Assembly: GCA_963815455.1 (NCBI GenBank)
Contig: CAWFGO010000003.1
Coordinates: forward strand, 384,001-448,000
From: an uncultured Verrucomicrobiae bacterium
GTDB lineage: Bacteria > Verrucomicrobiota > Verrucomicrobiia > Chthoniobacterales > UBA10450
DNA length: 64,000 bases
Reading direction: 5' to 3'
Below, one piece after another: positions 30,386-40,352 of the stretch. The stretch's first letter is position 1. Each line of letters begins with the position of its first letter. The notes beneath the pieces are model-generated. The model had not been told where the DNA came from. It was given only the letters and a program-made list of their open reading frames with translations, and did no database searches. The position numbers were made by a program, and so were the translations under genes.

Positions 30386-32434
30386 TTATTTCTTAGAAAC
30401 CAGGGACGCCAGGAGCTGTTGGTAACGCGGCTTTCTTCTCAAAGGTTCCCACGCCGGATCGGTTTTCAGGTAACCATAGGAAATGTAGCCCGGAATACCG
30501 AGCAAAGTCTGCAGTTCGTCGAATGCGCGGTCATGATCGCCGGTCCAGGTGTAAACTTGGGCCAATCCCTGTAAAACCAGCGGGCCATCGTAGGCGTCCT
30601 TCGAGACCGGCATAAGATCGACCGCCTTCTGTGCTTCCTGCAGCGCCAGTTTCTTATTGCCGAGATTGGCATCCACCTGGGCCAGGACAGCAAGAGTGCG
30701 CGGATCGTCCGGTTTGTTTTTCAAGCGCGATTCCAGAATCGCACGCGCCGAAGTAAACGCCGCAGTCGTTTTCGCTTTGTCGCCTTCGGCCCGCGCAATC
30801 AATGCTTCGTACCAGGCCCGGGGAAAGTAGAAGCTAAAATCGACGTCCTGAAAATCTTTGCGAGGCGATGCGGCCAGGACCCGGCGCGCTTCGCCGTAAT
30901 TGCGATCGATCATCGCCAGCAAAATTCGCCACGAACTTTCACCTCCGCCCACATCGACATCGGGAGCCGCGGCCAGAGCAGTCCGCAATGTGGCGGGATC
31001 GCCCGTTTCGCCAAAATCGAGCGCCGCTCGTCGAATCAACGCGATCGGTTCCCGCATGCCCGCGGCAATCGCGCGGTCGTAGGCGAGCTTTGCCTCCGGA
31101 AACCGGCGCTCCAGCACGAAAGTGTCGACCAGAAGATTGACCGCATTCGGATTACGCGGGTCGAGCTTCACGGCGGTGGCGAAATCGCGTTCTCCATCGG
31201 CCCAGTGACCTTGTCGCCGGTTGATGTAACCCGACAAAACGAAGAAGGGCACGCTGTTCGGCAGGCCTGGGCGCGCTATCGCCAGCTCCGCCTGGGCTTG
31301 CTCGTAGTTGCGATGGCAGCGAAACAAATGATCGGCCAAAGCCAAATGAGCTTCGGCCGAATTGGGACGCAGCCGGAGCGCGTTAGCCACGGCGGCTTCG
31401 CCGAGCAGGTTGCGTTCGGGCGTGGGATCCAAATCGAGGAAATAGAGAAGATTGTGAGCCCGGGACGCATAACAATAAGCCAACACAAAATTCGGATCGC
31501 GACCGGTCGCCTCATCGAGCAACTGCACCGCTTTTCGCAACGACGCGTTAGGATCGGAAAGCTCCAGGTAGGTATCGACAATTTCCTTCGCTTGAAGATA
31601 AAGATCGAACGCCGCCAAGTCGCGCGTTGGCGTTTCTTCAATCTCGGCCTTCTGCTCGGGCGAAAGCTTGGCCTGGAGCTGCTTGACGATGGCCTGGGCC
31701 AGATCGCTTTGCAGGCCAAACAAGTCGGCCACGTCGCGATCGTAGCTTTCCGCCCAGACTTGTGAATCCGAGCGGGCATCGATCAATTTCGCATTCACCC
31801 GCACGCGCCCTGGCCCGCGTTGCACGGTCCCTTCAAGAACATAAGCCACGCCGAGCTGCCGGCCGATCTCACGCATGTTGCGCGCCGATTCATTGCGATA
31901 TTGCTCAATACTGGTGTGACTGATCACTTTCAAATCGGATACCTTGGCCAGGTTCGTCAGAATCTGGTCCTGCACCCCATCGGCAAAAAAAGTGCCGGCG
32001 TTATCCGGGCTGAGATTTTGAAACGGCAGCACCGCGATGCTCTTTGTCGGAATCGCGTTATTGGAATCCGACTCTTCCAGCGTTGCGTTCTGCCAGGGGT
32101 GCCACCACCAATAGCTCGCGAGCGGAACCGCCGCGATAAATGTTCCGGCCAGAGCGACCAGCCACAATTGCCGCCGTCTATAAACGCGCAGTCCCCTGGC
32201 GTTGGGGGTGCGTCGAATCCCTTCCGCCGTGATGTCGTAAATCCATCCCAGGATCAGCGACAACGGAAAGCCCGCCGCAATGAGCACAATAAATACCTGC
32301 TGAATCCATTGCCGCGCATGAAAAATTGGCAGGATCGTCCCGCCAATCTGAATCATGGCCGACGCGAAAATCCCATACGCGAATGCCACCCGATAAACCC
32401 GGCGTCTCTTCAGTTCTCCCAGGAGCGATTTCAT
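30386..32434 (-). CDS. Membrane-anchored TolB-like/TPR protein (SIAVLPF family)
   Basis: ELKRRRVYRV, KSIAVLPFQNLS, VLEGTV, TPRs. Confidence 0.85.
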   Translation of the reverse strand: MKSLLGELKRRRVYRVAFAYGIFASAMIQIGGTILPIFHARQWIQQVFIVLIAAGFPLSLILGWIYDITAEGIRRTPNARGLRVYRRRQLWLVALAGTFIAAVPLASYWWWHPWQNATLEESDSNNAIPTKSIAVLPFQNLSPDNAGTFFADGVQDQILTNLAKVSDLKVISHTSIEQYRNESARNMREIGRQLGVAYVLEGTVQRGPGRVRVNAKLIDARSDSQVWAESYDRDVADLFGLQSDLAQAIVKQLQAKLSPEQKAEIEETPTRDLAAFDLYLQAKEIVDTYLELSDPNASLRKAVQLLDEATGRDPNFVLAYCYASRAHNLLYFLDLDPTPERNLLGEAAVANALRLRPNSAEAHLALADHLFRCHRNYEQAQAELAIARPGLPNSVPFFVLSGYINRRQGHWADGERDFATAVKLDPRNPNAVNLLVDTFVLERRFPEAKLAYDRAIAAGMREPIALIRRAALDFGETGDPATLRTALAAAPDVDVGGGESSWRILLAMIDRNYGEARRVLAASPRKDFQDVDFSFYFPRAWYEALIARAEGDKAKTTAAFTSARAILESRLKNKPDDPRTLAVLAQVDANLGNKKLALQEAQKAVDLMPVSKDAYDGPLVLQGLAQVYTWTGDHDRAFDELQTLLGIPGYISYGYLKTDPAWEPLRRKPRYQQLLASLVSKK

Positions 32435-32516
32435 GCGCGCCGCACCATAGTGCGAACCTATCCGTTTTCGCCAGTGATCCCGAAAATTTTATCCAGGATT
32501 TTAGCTGACGAAGGAA

Positions 32517-33164
32517 CTAAGGCGCCTGCTTCTCGAGCTGATGCCGGAAATAGCCCTTCCAACTTTCGGGCAACGCCTCGACTGCGATCGCCCGGCGCAA
32601 TGTTCCGACATCGTCTTTCTCAAAGGCGTAGAGCCGAGTAATGTCCGCAACCCTAATCTCTGCCTGTTCGCGCCCGATCAATTTTATCTCGTCGCCGGCG
32701 TCCACCTTACCCTCGCGAGACACTGCAAAATAAAAACCGGTGCGACGGCTGGCCAGAAATCGCTTGATGATATCCGCCCGTCCAAACTTAATGCCCAGCT
32801 TGTAGCAGGGCATCCGTGGTTCTGTGATCATGACTTCCGCCTCACCGATTCGAAACCTGTCCCCGATACAGACAGAATCCTCGGCCAATCCCTCGGTAGT
32901 AAGATTCTCTCCAAACATTCCCGGCGGCAGATTCATTTCCGGCAACTCTGTCCGCCAAAAATCGTAATGCTCCGACGGATATGCATAAACCGCTTTGGTT
33001 GCGCCGCCGTGAACCGTCAGATCCGCTTGTCGATCTCCATCCAGATTCAACGTCCGCATCATCACGGGCCCTTTGACCGGCTCCTTGAAAATTCCCGTCG
33101 AGACAAGCCTGCCCTGCCAAGTCACCTCCCTCGGCAATCCAACATTCAGCGACACAATCTTCAT
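32517..33164 (-). CDS. MOSC domain protein (YiiM-like)
   Basis: TGIFKEP, HGG..KAVYAY, FGENLT, PRMPCYKL. Confidence 0.9.
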   Translation of the reverse strand: MKIVSLNVGLPREVTWQGRLVSTGIFKEPVKGPVMMRTLNLDGDRQADLTVHGGATKAVYAYPSEHYDFWRTELPEMNLPPGMFGENLTTEGLAEDSVCIGDRFRIGEAEVMITEPRMPCYKLGIKFGRADIIKRFLASRRTGFYFAVSREGKVDAGDEIKLIGREQAEIRVADITRLYAFEKDDVGTLRRAIAVEALPESWKGYFRHQLEKQAP

Positions 33165-33260
33165 GAGCCTCCGATCATTTCAGCAATCTAATCTTCCAAC
33201 CTCATGTCGGCACTGAAAATCCGTGATATCCGCGTAATCCGCGGTTAAGCATTCTGTTGG

Positions 33261-34589
33261 ATGCCAACAAAGTTCGTCCTTATCGGAAGCGGCCTGGCCG
33301 GCGGACTGCTCGCCGCCTACCTCGGACGGCGCGAATACGATGTCGATCTTTACGAGCGTCGGGCCGATCCGCGCGAAGGCAACATTGTCGGCGGGCGCTC
33401 GATCAATCTCGCGCTCTCGACCCGCGGGATCCACGCGCTCGAACAAATCGGCATTGCCGATGAAGTCCTCAAACATGCCATCCCGATGCCGGGGCGAATG
33501 ATCCACGATAAATCCGGCGCGCTCCATTTCTCTCCGTACGATGTCGATCCAAAGAAGTGCATCAACTCGATCGGGCGCGCCGCGCTCAACACCACGGTAA
33601 TCGAAGCGGCCCAGCGTTATCCGAACGTGCGCGTGCACTTCAATCATCAGTGCACCGATGTCGATCTTGATTCGGCTACCGCCCAACTCCTCAACACCTC
33701 AACCAATCAACCTCTCAACTCTTCCGGGGACGCGATCATCGGCGTGGACGGCGCGTTCTCCGCTGTGCGTCAATCGATGCAGCGCAAGATCGACAAGTTC
33801 CATTACGACGAGAGCTATCTCGCTCACGGTTACAAGGAGCTTACCATCCCACCCGCGCCCGATGGCGGATGGCGTATGGAAAAGAATGCGCTCCACATCT
33901 GGCCGCGCAAAAGTTTCATGATGATCGCGCTGCCGAATCCCGATGGCTCGTTCACCTGTACGCTCTTTTGGGAATTCAAAGGCCCACGCAGCTTTGAAAC
34001 CACCACGTCTGATCCCGATGTTCGCCAATTCTTCGAGGAGGAATTCCCCGACGCCGTGCCGCTCATGCCAACGTTGCTGGAGGATTTTCGCGAAAATCCG
34101 ACTGGGTCGCTGGTAACGATCCGGTGCGCGCCCTGGTACTATGAAGATAAGGTCGCGCTGGTCGGAGATGCCGCTCATGCGGTCGTGCCGTTCTACGGCC
34201 AGGGAATGAACGCCGCCTTCGAAGATTGCGTCGTGCTCGACGAATGCCTGGCCGAATTTCCGCAAGATCGACAACGCGCCTTCGCCGAGTATTTCTCGCG
34301 GCGGAAAGAAAACGCCGACGCCCTGGCCGATCTGGCCGTCCAAAACTTCATCGAGATGCGCGACAAAACCGCCTCGCGCGTTTTTCGCGCGAAAAAGAAA
34401 CTCGATCACGCGCTGGAGAGTTGGTTGCCGGGCATTTATTTGCCGCTCTACACGATGGTCACATTCACAAGAATTCCCTACGCCGCAGCCGCAAAACGCG
34501 CCCGCTTCCAGGATGCGATCCTTTACGGGAGTCTTGTTCTCCTGGCAGCATTGATCGTAGGATCAACAATCGCAATCTTTACAAGATGA
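33261..34589 (+). CDS. kmo: Kynurenine 3-monooxygenase
   Basis: GSGLAG, GRSINLALS, GYKELTIP, LHIWPR, GDAAHAVVPFYGQGMN. Confidence 0.93.
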   Translation: MPTKFVLIGSGLAGGLLAAYLGRREYDVDLYERRADPREGNIVGGRSINLALSTRGIHALEQIGIADEVLKHAIPMPGRMIHDKSGALHFSPYDVDPKKCINSIGRAALNTTVIEAAQRYPNVRVHFNHQCTDVDLDSATAQLLNTSTNQPLNSSGDAIIGVDGAFSAVRQSMQRKIDKFHYDESYLAHGYKELTIPPAPDGGWRMEKNALHIWPRKSFMMIALPNPDGSFTCTLFWEFKGPRSFETTTSDPDVRQFFEEEFPDAVPLMPTLLEDFRENPTGSLVTIRCAPWYYEDKVALVGDAAHAVVPFYGQGMNAAFEDCVVLDECLAEFPQDRQRAFAEYFSRRKENADALADLAVQNFIEMRDKTASRVFRAKKKLDHALESWLPGIYLPLYTMVTFTRIPYAAAAKRARFQDAILYGSLVLLAALIVGSTIAIFTR

Positions 34590-35020
34590 GCACCAATTTT
34601 CTCGGGCGGCTCACGGCGGGTCTTTCTCTTTTCCTGCTCGTGACCGGATGTCAGAAGACCGGCAAGATTTCGCCAGAACTCCAGGCGCGGTTCGACAAGG
34701 AAGGCCTCCTCCATCGCGCCGATGATCTCACTTTTCGCCGGACTCGCCCGGCGGGTCAGCGCGATTCGGGATGGGACGAGAAGCGAGCCTCCATTATTGT
34801 TACCCGCGAAAGCGTGTTTCTTCATGTGAACGGAAAGCCGCAGGTCGAAATCACGCCGCGCTCGACCGGCTTCTACGAAGTCCGCCGCGATCACGACCGG
34901 ATCAGTCTGCGCGCCGGCAGCGGCAAATCCGCCCTCAGCTGGTCCTTTCGACCGCCCGACGATGCCGATGCGTGGGCAATGGACATCCGCGCGGTGATCA
35001 AGAACGCGAAGTCTCGTTAG
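34586..35020 (+). CDS. Hypothetical lipoprotein
   Basis: Lipobox-like VTGC; ATGA overlap with kmo. Confidence 0.6.
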   Translation: MSTNFLGRLTAGLSLFLLVTGCQKTGKISPELQARFDKEGLLHRADDLTFRRTRPAGQRDSGWDEKRASIIVTRESVFLHVNGKPQVEITPRSTGFYEVRRDHDRISLRAGSGKSALSWSFRPPDDADAWAMDIRAVIKNAKSR

Positions 35021-35182
35021 GAATCTGCTTCCGCTCGGGGGATCGAGCAGTCCCGTGCTCGATGTTAGTTTGGCGGCGCAGCCGCATTTTGGTCGGCATC
35101 GCCCGACGGAGCGGCCGATCCACCTTTTCGCCATCGTCTGATTTCTTTACCATTGGGAGGTTCCGCGGCTAAACTGCAGCGC

Positions 35183-35701
35183 ATGGAAAACGATCTAGCC
35201 CAACTGGCCCACGACCGGTATGAGATCGCGGACGCATTGCATCGCTACTCTTTCAGTCTCGATCACGGCGATGCCGATTCGCTGGCGTCGGCATTGACCG
35301 AAGATTGCGTTTTCGATTTCCGACCCGCGAGCAAGAAGCTCGGGCTGGACTTCGGTTTGTTAACTGGGCGCGACGCCATCCTCAAAGCCGTTCTACCGTT
35401 GATCGGCCCTCTCGACACCAGTCACACCGCCAGCAATCTCCAGATCGAGATCAGTGGCGACTCAGCCACCCTGACGGCCTATGTGATGTCGCAACATTTC
35501 ATGCCCCGCGAAGGTTCGCGCCGCGGATCGGAGAACGCGCTCTTGATGAACCGTTACGATTGTGAGTTGGTCCGCGACGGCGAGAAATGGCGCTTTAAAC
35601 GCATGACCATCGACAACGCCTGGGCCCAAGGTGACCCGGAGATATTGAACGCATTAGCAACCCACCGAGCGCTAACGTCGAAACCAAGGGCACCAAAATA
35701 G
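35183..35701 (+). CDS. SnoaL-like/NTF2 family protein
   Basis: DRYEIADALHRY..LD, TSHTASN, WRFKR. Confidence 0.8.
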   Translation: MENDLAQLAHDRYEIADALHRYSFSLDHGDADSLASALTEDCVFDFRPASKKLGLDFGLLTGRDAILKAVLPLIGPLDTSHTASNLQIEISGDSATLTAYVMSQHFMPREGSRRGSENALLMNRYDCELVRDGEKWRFKRMTIDNAWAQGDPEILNALATHRALTSKPRAPK

Positions 35702-35898
35702 GTTCCCTCTTGAACTGCGAATGGAGCGAATGGGATGAGCGACATAGAAGGGTCCGCGCCGGACTGGCATTGGTCGCGAGGGTAGAGATGAAAAAGCGCG
35801 GGCAGCGGCTGAGTTTCAAGCCGAGACAGTCGAAATAATCGCGCCGAATTCGAGGTTGATCCCGGAAGAGTGAGATCAACGTAGCCAGACCCGTCCTG

Positions 35899-36300
35899 TT
35901 ACTTTAGCCAGGCGATCTTGATTTCGCGCTCGATCGCCTTGAACTCGGTGTCGCCGGTCACAAGTTCGCAATTGCGTTGTTTGGCCAGCGCTGCGGCAAA
36001 AGCGTCCGCCAGGCTAATTCGATGAGACGCTTTCAACCGCGCCGCAATATCTGCCAGTTCCCTGGTAACGGCATGGAAATGGATCGGCAACGAAACCAAA
36101 CTTGCCGCAACCGATTCCCAGCCCGCGGGACCGCTTCGGCGAATAACAATGTATTGGACCTCGGCATAATTGACTTCCGTCATATGCAGCGGCTCACGCC
36201 GCGATGCCGCTTTGTGAAGCAACTCCTCGATTCGGTTCGCACCCTGTTCGTCGCCGAAATATGCAAGCAGGGCGAAACTATCGAGAACGGCGCCGGCCAT
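35899..36300 (-). CDS. PIN domain toxin (VapC)
   Basis: VLDSFALLAY, SLADAF, VTGD. Confidence 0.9.
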   Translation of the reverse strand: MAGAVLDSFALLAYFGDEQGANRIEELLHKAASRREPLHMTEVNYAEVQYIVIRRSGPAGWESVAASLVSLPIHFHAVTRELADIAARLKASHRISLADAFAAALAKQRNCELVTGDTEFKAIEREIKIAWLK

Positions 36301-36568
36301 ATTTTCGTTCTTCCAGCTTTTTCTCTTCCCGTTTGTATTTCGCCCACCATTGACGGAAAGGCTTCTGCCCGGGCTGTCGTTTCAGAATCCCACGCGCTCG
36401 TTTGATGGCCGCGCCCGTGATTGGTTTCAACAGAATTCCTTCCGCCGTCGTCTGGACAACTGCCCTTGTTCCATTCTCGATTTCAAACTCCCGGCGAATC
36501 CGCCGTGGAATGACCACCTGTCCTTTCACGGTGAAAGAGACCGTTTCTCGATCCTTCGTAGCCGACAT
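36278..36568 (-). CDS. AbrB/MazE/SpoVT family antitoxin
   Basis: TVKGQVVIPRRIRREFEI; overlaps the PIN gene. Confidence 0.88.
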   Translation of the reverse strand: MSATKDRETVSFTVKGQVVIPRRIRREFEIENGTRAVVQTTAEGILLKPITGAAIKRARGILKRQPGQKPFRQWWAKYKREEKKLEERKYGRRRSR

Positions 36569-36758
36569 GCCAATAGTAAACCACACAGAAAATGTATGTC
36601 AATCTGTAACTCGCTTACATTTTGGTTCCTTCACACCTCAGCGATCTTTAGAAGAGCGAGATCAACCAAGCGAAGCCGGCCTCGAATTGAATTGTTTTCG
36701 CGAGACAGAGACGGTAAATTTCTTTCAACTCACAACCATCAACTCTCAACTTCTTCAT

Positions 36759-37202
36759 ATGAACGATACTTACGTTCCACTGATCACCTCCGGCGTGGCC
36801 GGGCCACTCGGCGTTCTGCATCTCCCGCGGCTCTGGCAGAAAGTCTCACTCGAAGCGGCGGGTAAACTTGCCGACGGCTATCCCGGGATGGGCCGAGGCT
36901 ACGACGCGATGACTTGCGCCGCGCTCGGGCTCGACGAACAGGCGGTGCAGGATTACATCAAACAGAGCAAGCCGACCTATCCCCAATTCGAAGCGTGGGT
37001 GAAAAAGAATGCGAAATCGCTCAATCCGCAGGCGGTCGAAAAGCATAATGCCGCGGTGCGCGGTTACATTCACGATGACGATACCCGCAAGACAATTTTG
37101 GGAGCGTGCGGCATCCCCGATGATGCGTCAGCGCCCAAAGACGCGGTGAACCTGAATAACCTGGATGATTGGTACGCTTTTCATCAGCAGGTCTTGAAGT
37201 AG
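36759..37202 (+). CDS. DUF5069-like protein
   Basis: VAGPLGVLHLPRLWQK, LNNLDDW. Confidence 0.7.
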   Translation: MNDTYVPLITSGVAGPLGVLHLPRLWQKVSLEAAGKLADGYPGMGRGYDAMTCAALGLDEQAVQDYIKQSKPTYPQFEAWVKKNAKSLNPQAVEKHNAAVRGYIHDDDTRKTILGACGIPDDASAPKDAVNLNNLDDWYAFHQQVLK

Positions 37203-37406
37203 CAGAGACCGCGGATTACGCGGATGGCACGGATACAATCTCGAATTCAGAGAGCAGAGAGAATCGGCCACGGATGAACACCCGCCTCCGAATCTACGGC
37301 GCGGCGGGCGGATTTTCACGGATCCGAGAACTGGCTCCGGAAGTCAGGAAACTTGCCAAATCCATGTTTATCTGTGTCGATCCGTGGCTAAGCTTTCTGC
37401 CTCGCC

Positions 37407-38610
37407 ATGATCACGGCATTCCGCAACACAGCTGAATCGTTAGCAGCGGGCGCCAAGTCGCTGCCGCAAAAATATTTCGTTTCCCCGGAAGTTTTCGCTG
37501 AAGAACAGGCGAAGATCTTCGCCAAACAGTGGCTGTTGGTCGGGCATCAGAGCCAGATTGTGAAACCAGGCGATTACTTTCTTATTGAAGTGCCGGCTCC
37601 GCCTTCGCAGCAAGGCTACGGCGCGACAAAGGAAAGTATAATCGTAGTCAGAGATCAAAAGTCAGAGGTCAGAGGCTTTCATAATGTCTGCCGACATCGA
37701 GGCTCACGGTTGAAAGAAGACACCTGCGGTCATGCGTCCACGATTCAATGCCCTTATCATGCCTGGACCTACGGCCTCGACGGGCGATTAATCGGCGCGC
37801 CGCACATGGACGAGGTGCCGGGTTTTGTTAAGGCCGATTATTCTTTGAAGCCGGTGAAGCTCGATGTTTGGGAGGGATTTATTTTTGTGAACCTCAAGGG
37901 CGAGAGAACCGGGGTCAGCGACCCCGGCTACAGTTCGCTGGAACGTTGGTTCGCGCCGCTCAACGGAAAGTTTTCGCACTGGAACATGTCGATCCTGCGC
38001 TCGGCGAAACGGATCGAGTACGACGTGCGGGCGAATTGGAAGTTGATGTTCGAAAATTATTCGGAGTGCTATCACTGCCTGGGCGTGCATCCGCAGCTCC
38101 AGAAAGTTTCACCCTACGATTCGGCGGAAAACGATCTGACCGAAGGACCGTTCCTCGGTGGATTCATGTCCGTCACAAAAGGCGACAGCCTGACGATGAC
38201 CGGCAAAACCTGCGCGTTGCCGGTAGGCGATATCAACGCGGCCGACTTCCGTCGCGCTTTTTATTATTCCATTTTCCCGAACATGCTCCTGAGCCTGCAT
38301 CCGGAATACGTGATGGTGCACCAGCTTTGGCCGCAATCACCGGATCGCACCCTGATCGTGTGCGATTGGCTCTTTCATCCGGACGCTTTTAAGTCCGGCG
38401 AAGAGGCCGGGGTCACCGACCCCGGCTACAGCTTCAATCCGGAGGACGCAATCGAGTTTTGGGACATTACCAACAAACAGGATTGGCACGTGTGCGAGCT
38501 CAGCCAGCAGGGAATTGCCTCGCGCGCATACGAGCCGGGGCCGTATTCGTCTCGGGAATCCATTCCAGCGGCATGGGATGAGGTACTATCTGCGGCAGAT
38601 GAAGCTGTAG
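37407..38610 (+). CDS. Rieske aromatic ring-hydroxylating oxygenase alpha subunit (GbcA/choline monooxygenase-like); probable frameshift ~38582
   Basis: NVCRHRG, CPYHAWTY, NWK..ENYSECYHC..H; removing one G gives ...WDEYYLRQMKL*. Confidence 0.88.
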
Positions 38611-38833
38611 CGGCAGCATGCCGCCTGCAAACAAGGATTTCTCGGTGCGGCCGACACGACCGCCTGTCCACCGCCGCCCAACGTCGGCATCGGAAAATAA
38701 GCGCTTCTGATTGTGTTCATGTCTTGATCGAAATTTGACCCTCCCGGAGGGACATGCTCCAGCATGTCCAGGACGCGCAGAAGCGCGTCCCTCCGTCGTT
38801 GACTCGCGGGCGCGCGGCGTAGAGCATTGAGCG

Positions 38834-39619
38834 ATGCCGCCACTGACCTACGCGAACTATCTCGATCTGGAGAAGCTGCTCACTCTGCAGAAACCACGCT
38901 CCACGCCGGCCGAGCACGACGAGATGCTATTCATCATCATTCACCAGACCTACGAGCTCTGGTTCAAGCAGTTGTTGCATGAGTTTGAGAAAATAAAGCG
39001 CGATTTCTCGGCCGGCGATCTCTTCAGCGCGATTCATTCGTTCAAGCGCACCCGCACCATCATGAAAGTCCTCGTGGCGCAGATCGACATCCTGGAAACG
39101 ATGACGCCGTCGTCGTTTTCCAGCTTTCGCGACCGGCTCGAGACGGCGTCCGGATTTCAGTCGATCCAGTTTCGGGAATTGGAATTTGTGCTCGGATATA
39201 AACGGGGTTCGACGCTCAAATACGTTAAACCGGATTTTCCAGGGTACGATCGGCTTCAGCAGCGGCTCGTGGAACGGACCGTGATCGATCATTTCTACGA
39301 TTTCCTGGAGAAGCGCGGTGCGAAAATTCCGGCGGAGCTGAAAACGCGCGACATCACCCAGCCAAACGAACCGAACGAGCAGGTCCAGCGCGAAATTCTG
39401 CGCCTCTATAAAGAATCACCGGAAGTCTCGATCCTGTTCGAGCTGATGACCGATTTCGACGAAGGGCTCCAGGAATGGCGTTACCGGCATATCAAGTTGG
39501 TTGAACGCACCATCGGCGCGAAAAAAGGGACGGGCGGTTCGCCGGGTGTGCCGTTCTTAAAGGAATCGTTGTTCAAACCGATTTTTCACGATCTGTGGGC
39601 GATCCGGCATGAAATGTAG
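38834..39619 (+). CDS. kynA: Tryptophan 2,3-dioxygenase
   Basis: HDEMLFIIIHQTYELWFKQ, ASGFQS, WRYRH, GTGGSPG. Confidence 0.95.
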   Translation: MPPLTYANYLDLEKLLTLQKPRSTPAEHDEMLFIIIHQTYELWFKQLLHEFEKIKRDFSAGDLFSAIHSFKRTRTIMKVLVAQIDILETMTPSSFSSFRDRLETASGFQSIQFRELEFVLGYKRGSTLKYVKPDFPGYDRLQQRLVERTVIDHFYDFLEKRGAKIPAELKTRDITQPNEPNEQVQREILRLYKESPEVSILFELMTDFDEGLQEWRYRHIKLVERTIGAKKGTGGSPGVPFLKESLFKPIFHDLWAIRHEM

Positions 39620-39671
39620 CCGCGGCGCCGCGGAATGACGAAGCACGAATGTCGAAATCGACGAAACTAAA

Positions 39672-40290
39672 GTGATCTACGATATTTCGCCACGAATTGC
39701 GTCGAAACTTGCCGTTTGGCCAGGCGATACGCGCGCCGAGTCGTGAGGTCCTGATGGATCTCGCGCGCGGCGATAGCGTCACGCTTTCCACGTTGCGGGC
39801 GACGGTTCATCTCGGAGCGCACGCAGATGGGCCAAATCATTACGGGAAAGACGCGCCGGCAATCGACCAGCGCTCGCTCGACTATTATCTCGGGCCGTGT
39901 CAGGTCATCCGGATGAATGTGGAGCGGTCGACCCGCATCGCCCCGGCAAAGTTGCGGAGCGAAATTAGTCAGCCGCGAGTCCTGCTCGCGACGGGCACAT
40001 ATCCCGATCCTCAAACCTGGAACAGTGATTTCGCCGCATTGTCGGTCGAGCTGGTCGATTTTCTCCACGAACGCGGCGTGATCACGGTGGGGATCGATAC
40101 GCCAAGCGTGGACCTATTCGAATCGAAGGATTTGCCCGCGCACAAGGCGATCCTCAAGCATGACATGTCGATCCTGGAAGGGCTCGTGCTGAAAGATGTG
40201 CCCGAAGGAACTTATGAATTGATTGCGTTGCCGCTGCCACTGGTCGGGTTCGATGCCAGCCCGGTCCGGGCGATTCTAAGAACGATCTAA
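39672..40290 (+). CDS. kynB: Cyclase-family arylformamidase (frameshift ~39730)
   Basis: VIYDISP..VWPGD in one frame; HLGAHADGPNHY, GIDTPSVD, DASPVRA in the next. Confidence 0.85.
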
Positions 40291-40352
40291 CCAGGTAGGG
40301 ACGGATCTCCGAGCCGTCCGTGGAATTCGTCAGACGCCCCGGAGATGCGTCC

